64,000 nucleotides of DNA from Eutreptiella sp. 'Long Island Sound 2002' (Eukaryota > Protista > Euglenida): contig OZ038378.1 in assembly GCA_964036045.1 (NCBI GenBank), positions 193,254,001 through 193,318,000 on the forward strand, given 5' to 3'. Shown here one piece after another: positions 24,294-34,740 of this stretch (positions are counted from its first letter, which is position 1; each line of letters begins with the position of its first letter). The position numbers and the translations under genes are program-made. The notes beneath the pieces were generated by a model, which was given only the letters and a program-made list of their open reading frames with translations, searched no databases and was not told the DNA's origin.

Positions 24294-26842
24294 AGCCACT
24301 TCTGATTTCGTTTCCCTTTGTTGGGGACCACTCCTAATTCCGCTCTCTGCGCTTGGCGTTGGGGATCCCCGAGAATGCAGGAGTGACGTAGCATTTTCGC
24401 CCTCTTTTGGCCCCCCCAAAAGGCAAGGGTGAAGCAGCCACTTCTGATTTCATTCCGCTTTGTTGGGGACCACTTGTGATTTTGCTCTCCGCGCTTGGCG
24501 TTGGGGATCCCGGAAAAGGCAGGGGTGGCGTAACATTTCCGCCCTCCTTTGGGCCCCCGAGAGGCAGGGTTGAGGCAGCCACTTTTGATTTTGTTCCTCT
24601 TTGTTGGTGATCCCCAAGAATGCCGGGGTGCCATAGCATTTCCGCCCTCTTTTGAGCCCCCCAAAAGGCAACGGTGAGGCAGCCACTTCTGATTTCGTTC
24701 CCCTTCTTCGGGAACCACTTGTGATTTTGCTCTCCGTGCTTGGCGTTGGGGATCCCCGAGAATGCAGGGGTGACATACCATTTCCGCCCTCTTTTGGCCC
24801 CCCCAAAAGGCAAGGGTGAGGGAGCCACTTCTTATTTCGTTCCCCCTTTTTAGGGACCATTTGTGATTTTGCTCTCCGCGCTTGGCGTTGGGGATCCCTG
24901 AGAATGCAGGGGTGACGTAACATTTCCGCCCTCTTTTGGGCCCCCGAGAAGGCACGGGTGAGGCAGCCACTTCTCATATTGTTCCTGTTTATTGGGGATC
25001 TCCGAGAATGCAGGGGTGGCGTAGCATTTCCGCCCTCTTTTGGGCCCCCCAAAAGGCAAGGGTGAGGGGGCCCTTTCTTATTTCGTTCCCCTTTGTCGGG
25101 GACCATTTGAGGTTTGCTCTCCGCGCTTGGACTTGGGGATCCTTGAGAATGCAGGGGTGACGCAACGTTTCCGCCCTATTTTGCGCCCCCCAGAGGGAAG
25201 GGGTGAAGCAGCCACTTCTGATTTTGTTCCTGTTTGCTGGGGATCTCTGAGAATGCAGGGGTATTGTAGCATTTCCGCCCTCTTTTGGGCCCCCCAAAAG
25301 GCAGGGGTGAGGCAGCCACTTGTGATTTTGTTCCTCTTTGTTGGGAACCACTAGTGATTTTGCTCTCCGCGGTTGGCGTTGGGGACCCCCAAGAATGCAA
25401 GGGTGACATTGCATTTTCGCCCTCTTTTGGGCCCCCGAGAAGGCAAGGGTGAGGTAGCCACTTCTGATTTTGTTCCTCTTTGTTGGGGATACCCGAGAAT
25501 GCAAGGGTAACGTAGCATTTCCGCCCTCTTTTAGGCCCCCCAAAAGGCAGGGGTGAGGCAGCCACTTCTTATTTCATTCCCCTTTGTTGGGGACCACTTG
25601 TGATTTTGCTCTCCGCGGTTGGCGTTGGGGACACCCAAGAATGCAAGGGTGACATAGCATTTCCGCCCTCCTTTGGGCCCCCGAGAAGGCAAGGGTGAGG
25701 TAGCCACTTCTGATTTTGTTCCTCTTTGTTGGGGATACCCGAGAATGCAAGGGTAACGTAGCATTTCCGCCCTCTTTTAGGCCCCCCAAAAGGCAGGGGT
25801 GAGGCAGCCACTTCTTATTTCATTCCCCTTTGCTGGGGACCACTAGTGATTTTGCTCTCTGCGCTTGGCGTTGGGGACACCCAAGAATGCAAGGGTGACA
25901 TAGCATTTCCGCCCTCCTTTGGGCCCCCGAGAAGGCAAGGGTGAGGTAGCCACTTCTGATTTTGTTCCTCTTTGTTGGGGATACCCGAGAATGCAAGGGT
26001 AATGTCGCATTTCCGCCCTCTTTTAGGCCCCCCAAAAGGTAGGGGTGAGGCAGCCACTTCTTATTTCATTCCCCTTTGCTGGGGACCACTAGTGATTTTG
26101 CTCTCCGCGCTTGGCGTTGGGGATCCCCGAGATTGTAGGGGTATTGTAGCATTTCCGTGGTCTTTTGGGCCCCAAAAGGCAGGGGTGAGGCAACCACATC
26201 TGATCTTGGTCCCCTTTGTTGGGGATCCCTGAGAATGCAGGGGTGACATAGCATTTGCGCCCTCTTTTTGGCCCCCGACAAGGGAGGGGTGAGGCAACCA
26301 CTTGTGATTTCATTCCCCTTTGTTGGGGACGCCCGAGAATGCGGGGGTGACGTAGCATTTCCGCCCTCTTTTGGGCCCCCGAGAAGAAAGGGGTGAGGGA
26401 GCCACTTCTAAGTTCAGTCCCCTTTGTTGGGCATCCTCGAGAATGCAGCGGTGACATAGCATTTCCGCCCTCTATTGGGTCCTCGAGAAGGTAGGGGTGA
26501 GGTAGCCACTTCTGATTTATTTCCCCTTTGTCGGGGATGGCCAACAACGCAGGGGTAACGTGGCATTTCCGCCCTCTGTTGGACCCCCGAAAAGGCAGGG
26601 GTGAGGCAGCCACTTCTGATTTCGTTCCCCTTTGTTGAAGACTAGTTCTGATTTTGCTCCCCGCGCTTGGCGTTAGGGATCCCTGACAATGCACGGCTGA
26701 CGTAGCATTTCTGCCCTCTTTTGGGCCCCCAAGAAGGCACGGGTGCGGCGGCCACTTGTGATTTAGTTTCCCTTTATTGGGCCTCCCCGAGAATGCAGGG
26801 GTGACATAGCGTTTCCACCCTCTTTTGGGCCCCTGAGAAGGC
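24294..26842. repeat. Complex tandem satellite of 104-bp and 142-bp monomers with a local 246-bp higher-order repeat
   Basis: Anchor AGCCACTTCT at 25456, 25560, 25702, 25806, 25948 and 26052 (spacings 104/142/104/142/104). The long monomer carries an extra ~38-bp module (ACCACTTGTGATTTTGCTCTCCGCGCTTGGCGTTGGGG). Confidence 0.95.
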
Positions 26843-27841
26843 CAGTATGAAGAACGGGTGGCAAAGGTGTGGAGACCAGATTTTAGGTTTGCCAACGCAG
26901 CCAACGCAGATGACTTCACACTAGAGCCCGGTGATTGTTACCCGGATTTTGACCGCTGCCTGATGGTTGGCATCTGGTTCTTTGATGGCGAAATCAGAAA
27001 CGAGATGGATCTACGCAGCTACCCATTTGACATTGATGATATCGACATCCGGATCAATTCCATGCACCTTGAGAGGTACGGCTACGTGGGTTCCGACCTT
27101 GTACTGGCGTACGAGGACTACGGTGACAACACGATCTTGTTCATGCCTGGCTTTTCACCAAACAATGGCGGGTTACTGGAATGGAAAATTCTTGAATTGC
27201 GGACAGAACGCGAGCAATTTGGCAAACAAGCCGGCTGGTCTGAGTACTACGAAGTAAATTTTAAGCTTCGCATCCAGCGCAGGCCTGAGGCAGTCATTGT
27301 TAAAATTGTCCTTCCACTGCTCTTGGCCTCAGTCATGACGTTTGCCTGTTTTCAATGGGATTTCTCTGAGAATCTTATCGACAGAACAAATTTTGTGGCA
27401 ACCATGTTCCTGGCAATATCTGCATTTTTGTGGGTCATTGACGCAGAGACCCCTCGCACGCCCTATTTGAAAAGCCTAGATAAGGTCACTGTGATCGCGA
27501 TCGCTGCAACGGTCCTCATTGCCATTGAGACCATTGCAATCAAGCAGCTTACTCTATGGGGCCTGGCAGAAACTGTTGCTGAGCCTTTAGACGCGGGCCT
27601 GGGTGTCATCATGTGTTGTATCATGAATTGGAGATTCTGCCAGATTCTGTGGAACGACTCTGCGGAGTGGAGGAAGCTGCGCGGGAAAGCTCCAGCAACT
27701 GACCAATCGGGCGAGGAAGCATTAAAGAAATTGGTCCAATCTCAACAGAGGTACTCAAAAGTCGGCGCCTCAGTGGAGGACTACGTGGAGGACCCAGTGG
27801 AGGACCACGTGGAGGACCTCGCGGAGAAGAAGAAGCAATAG
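26843..27841 (+). CDS. Cys-less (Pro-loop) pentameric ligand-gated ion channel subunit, ELIC/GLIC-like; N-terminus missing
   Basis: Uninterrupted frame from the satellite edge to TAG at 27839-27841. Loop A WRPDFRFAN; loop 7 MDLRSYPFD without flanking cysteines; pre-M1 IQRRP; M1 VIVKIVLPLLLASVMTFACF; M2 DRTNFVATMFLAISAF; M2-M3 TPRTPYLKSLD; M3 and a short M4. Confidence 0.85.
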   Translation, partial: QYEERVAKVWRPDFRFANAANADDFTLEPGDCYPDFDRCLMVGIWFFDGEIRNEMDLRSYPFDIDDIDIRINSMHLERYGYVGSDLVLAYEDYGDNTILFMPGFSPNNGGLLEWKILELRTEREQFGKQAGWSEYYEVNFKLRIQRRPEAVIVKIVLPLLLASVMTFACFQWDFSENLIDRTNFVATMFLAISAFLWVIDAETPRTPYLKSLDKVTVIAIAATVLIAIETIAIKQLTLWGLAETVAEPLDAGLGVIMCCIMNWRFCQILWNDSAEWRKLRGKAPATDQSGEEALKKLVQSQQRYSKVGASVEDYVEDPVEDHVEDLAEKKKQ

Positions 27842-29769
27842 GATGCAGGCTGCAGCTTTGACCCATGTACAAGAGATTTGCGGGGGGACTGGTGGAGAAG
27901 TGCGGGCTTGAGTTAAAGCCACTACCCTGTACCATGGAGCGTTGTCCCAACGCTTCGCTCCAGTGAACAGGCTGGCTGTCACTCCAGTGAACAGGCCAGT
28001 TGTAGGGCTTTGAACTCAGTCCCAAATACAGCTCTGCTTAAGTGTGCCTGGGCTCCCTGACTGATGTGTTGACCACCTGCATTTTCCAGCACCAAGATGT
28101 GTTTGAGTTCGGGTTGGTTTGAGCATGGTACCAATGGTACCAATTGCCTGCTTTCCCAAACAGCAGAAACTGCATCTCTGGATCCATAGGTTCAGAACTG
28201 TTTATACCCATATATTGTCACGAGCAGCCTTTGCTTTTCCGATACGATGTGTACATAACTCAGTCATCTACTGTACATAGTTGGATGCACTAGTGTGAAC
28301 ACAACATATTGGACTAACGGCTGGAAGTGCCTATGGTGGGGGCATCCAGTCAATGAGAACCGACCATTGCTCTCTCTGTTGTCCCCCTCAGCCCTGAGAG
28401 CCTGGAAGTGACCCTGTTGTACATACATAGCTTACCCGGAGCTGTGGGTGTGGAGTTTAGTGTTCGGGCGAACCACAGTCTGTGTGAGATAGATGATACG
28501 ATTCGATGATAAGCCCCCCTCGATGATAGGGCTCGATGATAGGGAGGCAATGTTATAAAATAAGATAAGTTGAGATAGATAGAACAAGTTAAAGATAAAT
28601 GTTCGCTTGACACTCCTTTGGTCTTAGAGAAGAAAAGTCGAGTTTTCAGGCATGCGTAGCTCCAGTGTGAAAAGGAAAAATGATTGATGATGACGGCCGG
28701 TGCGGTGTTAAAACAAGGACTGCGTACTCCTGACCCCCGTGAAAAGCAACAACCGTGCACCTGAATGTAGAGGATGGGGGGGGGGGGGGGGGGCTGGGCT
28801 TAAATGCTGCTCAAACTGCGAACGGAGGTGATCACCCGCGTGTGGCCTCAGGCCATCGTTTGCCCTTTGCTGCAGACCCGGCGACAACCTGCCCTTGCCA
28901 GGGAATGAGGCAGCCGATGAGCAGGCGGAACCGGGCAGGGACCTGCACCCGAGCAATCTGCTGCCCTTGTCGCAGCGACACCGAGTCATGGAGTGGGATG
29001 CCTGCGGACTTGAGCCCATGCATGAATCCGGGGATCAGCGAGATACGTCTGATGTGGACTCAGGGGGTGGGGACTCGAGCGACCCCAGTGATGCCTTGTC
29101 AGCAGATAGTGGGGATTGCAGTTCGGACGGCTGCAGCTCCGACAGCAGGGTACAGATATTAGTGAAACCCGGCTAAGGGGGTTGTTGGGGGACAGTGACA
29201 GTGGCAGCTTCAGCGGCGGCCCAGGGTGGTGAGGGTAGGGTGGATTGAGGCCTGAATGTGACCCAGTACCCGGCACAATATGGACAACTGGTGTGGTGCC
29301 TGCTGGTGCCATGCTGGACAATGCGAACAATGTGTGTTGCGGCTCCGCTGTGTGATACTTGTGCTGTTGGAATGCAAGAGTGATTCTGGAGGATGACCAC
29401 TATTGTCGATTTACAGCCAAGATATGGCACTTGATAGTGCCTTGTGTGCACTGTGTGTTGCGCCTTGAAGTGAGATGGATGCCAGAGTGGCCCTGGAGGT
29501 TTGCAACCATCATTGTTTTGTGGCCAACCTACAGCTCGTCCAAGATATAAGGGGGCAAATGTACTGTAGTAATTTAGGACCAAATTGAATTAGGCCAGGT
29601 CCCAATTTCCAAATGTGAGGATACGTGCTCTGTTTGCCCGAATTCTAGTGGTATGTGTGGGTACGTAAAAGATTCATATGGAGGGGGGGGTTCCTGCACC
29701 AGTAAAAAATGGGGGGTTGGGGTTGGAAAAGGCGTGCCTTGACCAAGAAAGCCTGCTTGAAACCGCAGC

Positions 29770-29950
29770 CCGGAGAAAATCACCGAGAGGAGACATTGTT
29801 AGATCAAGCGCAGGTGCCATGCACCCCCCCTTTTTTGGGGGTTATTTGCGTAGCATAACCCAATGTATGATATCCCATGTTTAAACCCTTTGTAAAATCA
29901 TTATTTTAGGAGAGAATAATATCCCCCAATGAATTTTTGGTTTCAGCACT
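29770..29950 (+). repeat. Dispersed repeat, second copy at ~63505-63690
   Basis: TTGTTAGATCAAGCGCAGG...GCGTAGCATA...TGTAAAATCATTATTTT...CCCCCAATG occurs in both places. Confidence 0.8.
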
Positions 29951-29994
29951 TTAACCCCCCCCCCTTGTACCTGGGTAACAGTTTTTTTTTAAGT

Positions 29995-30515
29995 GAGCTC
30001 AGGGGGGGGCGTCCGGGCCCGGTCCTTGTATGCGACCCCCCCCCCCCCCCGGGGGGTTTGAGAGATAGTGGTGTCGGGGCCATGGCGCCAACGGCGCCGA
30101 AGGTTTAGTGTGCATCCTTCCCTTTCATCAAACCATCCATGTTTTGAGCGCCAGATTAGCAAGACGAGGCGCTAAACAAATGTCGTTTGTTGCAAATTGA
30201 AGATCACCACAACCACTGTGGACACACCAACCAATCTGCAGCCCCAGCTTCATAACAGCCACCAGCAGCTTCCCCACACCCACCCCAGACACAGCTCCCC
30301 CCTAGAGGTATGCATGTGGTTGTTGTGGGTCGCGCATAGGCCCCCCCACCTTGGGAACCCCCCCCCCCCGCCGAACCCCCAAGACCTCCAGCCCCCCCCC
30401 CCCCACCCTCTAGCCGACCCCCCCCCCCAAACCCTCCAGCCCCCCCCCCAAGTTATGACAAATAGGGGGGGTCGCATCAGGACCGGTTGTAGTCCCCCCC
30501 CCCGTGGGTGAGCTC
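29995..30515. mobile_element. ~520-bp element with imperfect TIRs containing G/C runs
   Basis: GAGCTCAGGGGGGGG...CCGGTCCTTGTATGCGACCCC on the left is approximately the reverse complement of GGGGTCGCATCAGGACCGG...CCCCCCCCGTGGGTGAGCTC on the right. Confidence 0.55.
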
Positions 30516-31789
30516 TTCCCCCTCTCTTAGGTAGTGCCATTACCCCGACACATGCTATCGTCCTAAAGATGAGGAAGCCCGATGATACTGGAAACACAAC
30601 GGCATCAAATGCCTGTGCTTCAGCCATTGTTGTCGCGGCAGTGCGCTCACCATGTCGGACTCCACCAGAGGCGGTCATGTCAACGCCGGAAATTTTCTCT
30701 TCGTAGTCTTCATGGGCACCAACACCGATCGCATGTCGTGCTCGCACCACTCCCGCGAGACATCACACCCCAAGACCGATGGCGCGACGCGCTAGAGCGG
30801 AACACAGGTTACGAAAGATACACGGGACATGCACCGCGCTCCAAGACACACACCAAACGTGAAAGGATACACCGTGTAGGTGCCCATAGTACGCGGCCGG
30901 CCAAGCGCAGATGCCTAGAGACCACGGAGCTCAGTGACGTGCCTCCGGCGGTCCCCATCCACTCAGCACGCAAGTATAGACGCCACCCAGGGCACCCATG
31001 ACGGCAAGGGCCGTACAATACCTTATGCGACTGGGGTTTTTGACCCCTGAGACAGCGGCACGCATGCCCACAAATGCAGTACGAGTGGCTACGCCGTAGG
31101 CGTAACCGTATCCGGAGGCTGCACCTGACAGGGCAGTTCCCCCTAGGCTAATAAGATAGATGCAGATATCCACAAGCGCCATGGCGACAGGTTTCGGTCG
31201 TGGAGCTGCGCAAAGTACAACGATGAGCGTCGGTTCACCGGCCCGGATGCAATCACCACTAATACCCCCGCTGCCCACCCCCCGCCCCCCTTGTGTCGCA
31301 GGCGACGCTAGGCACGAGCCGGCTGGCGGCCCTGCCTTTGGTGCCCAACAGTCCTAATGTGCCGCACACGCAACCAACACATGCGACACCCAGGGATGTG
31401 TCTGATGTGTCGTGCAGGTCGCCCGCGGTCACTTCTAGTTGGAAGGGTGCCCTCTCCCCCTCGCCAATGGACCCCATGTGGTTGCCAGCATCCACCTCGG
31501 GAAATGCCACAGATGATGATATGCAGCCAATGCGTGAGGATGATCTCCTAGCTTGTGCAAGGAACCCCTCTGCCATGCCGTCCAGACGGCCCTCTCTACC
31601 TCAGGACATCTGGAAAGTTCCCATTACCTCAAGCCCCATTGCAATTAGCCCTACCCCAGGCTCTGCGAATCAACACACTGCTGCCAAGAGAGATAGCTAC
31701 GAAGTACCGACGGTGCCCCTAGAAAGTGTGTTGTGCAGCGGTGCCCCCCCCCCCCCCCCAACCCTCCTTTCCTGATGGAGATGAGGCCG

Positions 31790-32040
31790 AACTCTTATGG
31801 ATTTGTCCGGGATTGCCACGCGGTACCCGGGATGGCGCGGGTGAATGGGTGTCCGCGCATTCAGCCTATAATGGAAAACGCATCAATAGGTCCAAGGCCC
31901 CAGTGAGGCACGTTGACCTTTGGGAGAAAATACTCTGGAGTCTAGAGGTGTGTCGCCACGAAGTGCATGGGCTCCAGTAGCCCTCACACATCGGAATCAA
32001 GGGCACACAAGGGAATCAACTAGCGGACATGGGCCGCTGC
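31790..32040 (+). pseudogene. RNase HI-like C-terminal remnant of a retroelement
   Basis: Translates as ...KAPVRHVDLWEKILWSLEVCRHEVHGLQ*PSHIGIKGTQGNQLADMG, matching the RNase H pattern (N/H)xDLW...PSH.GI.GN..AD, with an internal TAG at 31978-31980. Confidence 0.7.
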
Positions 32041-32344
32041 CACTCAGCCCCCATCAGCTTGGTGAGTAGGGTGGAAGAAGAGGATGAACAAGAGGAGGCA
32101 AGTGTGACTGTAACAACAGGACGAGTGGGCAAGAGAGGAGGGAAGTGGGACAGAGGATGCAAAGGATGCTACCAAGGTTTTGGAGGGAAGGGGAGTGTTA
32201 CTTGAGTTAAGGAGTGAAAGAGTAGTACTCGAGAGAAATGAGAGGTATATGTACGAGGCCGAGGACCAAGAAGTCCCAGCGCCTCATTGAGATGCGTGGT
32301 TGATAGGGCATATCCTGATGGTTACAGGTACCACTAGGCGGCCC

Positions 32345-32733
32345 GAAAATTGCTTTGCGGGGGGGGGGGGGGGGGGATGGCATGGGCGCCCGGCGAAGGA
32401 GGGGGGGGGGTTCCAGAAATGGGCTTCCGTGCCGGGCCCTTTGTTTTGTGTAAGGACGGATGTTGCCACCAAAGGCGCCGGAACACAAATTTTGGCCCGG
32501 AAAAATTTTTTCACAAAAAATTTCCCCCCACATATGTGTAGTCAAAATGATCAGCGCGACGTGGGGATCATTTTGAGCCATGTATGTTGGGGTCGGACCC
32601 CCCCCCCCCCGGCACGGCAGGTAGGGCAGCCCCAGCCCAAACCCCCCTCCCGGCACGGCGACCAAGGAGGGGGAGGGGGGGTTTGGGCATCAGGCTTCCG
32701 TGCCATCCCCCCCCCCCCCCGAAAGCAATTTTC
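32345..32733. mobile_element. ~390-bp MITE with poly-G/poly-C TIRs (copy 1)
   Basis: GAAAATTGCTTTGCG(G)nATGGCA ... TGCCAT(C)nGAAAGCAATTTTC. Internal GTAGTCAAAATGATCAGCGCGACGTGGG is shared with copy 2. Confidence 0.8.
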
Positions 32734-32769
32734 TTCCCGCCCTACTGGGAATATGAGGGAATGTTTCGT

Positions 32770-32862
32770 CAAACGCCCCAAAAGGCAGGGGTGAGGCAGC
32801 CACTTCTGATTTCGTTCCCCTTTGTTGGGGACCACTTGTGATTTTGTTCCTCTTTGTTGGGG
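32770..32862 (+). repeat. Dispersed monomer of the 24-27 kb satellite (others at ~56565-56700 and, inverted and degenerate, ~11520-11600)
   Basis: CCCCAAAAGGCAGGGGTGAGGCAGCCACTTCTGATTTCGTTCCCCTTTGTTGGGGACCACTTGTG matches the array consensus. Confidence 0.85.
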
Positions 32863-34740
32863 TTGAATAAACCAACCATTCGCCTTGAAACAGCTTTGTT
32901 TAATGGAAATTTCGGTTGTATGTCTCAGGAACAAAATTCTGTACCTCCCCCCCCTTCCGGGGGTTGCCTGCGAAAAAAACGCTGTATGCCGTTCCCAAAA
33001 GAATTTTTTTCTGCACCCCTCCCCCCTTTATAAATGAAGGCTAATTAGGGAGGGAATGTTGAGCTTTTGCAGGTTAAGCAACCTGTGCTCAATTTCCTGT
33101 TCCCCACATGCCCGTGGTGTTCTTGAGGATTCTGTGCGGGCAAGCCTCCAAGGGAGTCTCTGCGCCCAGCCCCCAAGTTGTGTAAAGTGTAAATCACAAA
33201 TTGTAGATTATCTGCATGAACAACCCACAGTCCACAGCCCCTCACACGATAGCCCATTACTCCACCACGGAGCACATCACGAACCAGCCTCGCGGTATTA
33301 AGGGCAGCACATCACTGCCCTTCTTCCAGCCCCCTCCCTCATCCACGGCGCCACAACCCCCCCCCCCTGCCCCTGTGACATGGGGTATATGCGAGCTCTG
33401 ATTCTGTTGCTTCATGGCTAGTGGGCTGGATTTTGATGTCTTCCTAATCACACAATTGTGTACCGAGTTCCCCAATACCCCTTTGTGGGAGCCATGATCT
33501 CATTACAATCTCTGCTCAAACTGCAAGCTCAACTAGTTTCAGCAATGGGGGAGGGAGGGTACACCAGGGTAGTGCAGTTGGTGCTATTTGTGTTCAGGGG
33601 TACACAGCCCCCTGTCAACTCCGGGCATGCAAAACAAAAGCACTTGCATGCAGCTACGCTTGCACATGTGTGTAGTGCTTTGTGGTTACAATTGATGCAT
33701 GTGCAAAGGGGTATGACCTGTAGTGTTGTACCGGTGCACTAGTACTGAGATGCCATGGAGCTGTGGAGAACAAAGCATAGCGACTACCAGCGGCAGAGTA
33801 GAGAGGAGTGGGGGCGGGGCGGAGGGCATGACTGCAGGTTTTGAAATGACCAGCATGATCCTGACCTCATGCCAGACTCAATCAGCTCAGCTTCAACCAG
33901 CACCGAATGTTGCCTTGAGTTCGCCCCTCATCTGTGGCTATCGAATGTCGCTTAGCCGGGTTGAGGTCAGCTCAAGGATAGGGCATGCCCAAAATTAGTA
34001 GCCCCAACACCCGCAGTTCATTCATTCATAAAACTATGATCGCAAAAATAGCCGCTGCAAGTTCTTCCTCGTTGAATACCAAACGCGAGAGCATGAAAAA
34101 ATCCATCCATGTGTTGATAAGGGTTCTACACCGACAGTGTGAGTCTGCTGAAGCTATTCTCCATATAGTTGTGTTTGTTTCTCCATCAGTGGTGGGTCCA
34201 TGTCACAGACACATTGTACATACCCTCAATGGTCAAAAAGTGGCATTTTAGGCCATTTAAGCACATATTAAACCCTAACATGCCACTCCCTGTTGCCAAT
34301 GGGGTGCTGAAGGGTATTGTTGGCGTGCAAGTGGCCTGCTGGCATTTGTATTGTTTCTCTCTCATTGGTCATTGCTACATGGTCCTCAATGCAATATGTG
34401 GTGTTTGAAGTGGGCAAAAGTCGGTAAATATTCAAAACCCCAGGCATCATAGGTGCCTTTTAGAAGTGTTTTTGGTGATCTTTGCCCCCACCCCCCAGGA
34501 GTCGTTGACACTACTGGTAAATCAAAAGGTGTCTCAATAGTGCCCCAAAGTGTTTCTTTCATCAAGCAAAAATACATCGTTAAAACAAAAGTTTGTGTGT
34601 GGTGGTGCCACGCCACCGCAACCACCGCACACCTGCTTGGTCATGCCACAGTTCTTTGACGATTTTTCAACCCAAAGGGAGAAAGGGATGTACCTGGCTG
34701 CGATCCCCACATCCATTGTTCCTAGGGCCAGTGTTGGATC

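Noticed and set aside
24294-26842. Repeat array resembling CRISPR, plus many repetitive minus-strand ORFs (KRGRKCYVTPAFSGIP...)
   Set aside because: The segments between repeats are homologous to each other rather than unique spacers, there are no cas genes, and the context is eukaryotic. The ORFs are translations of the satellite.
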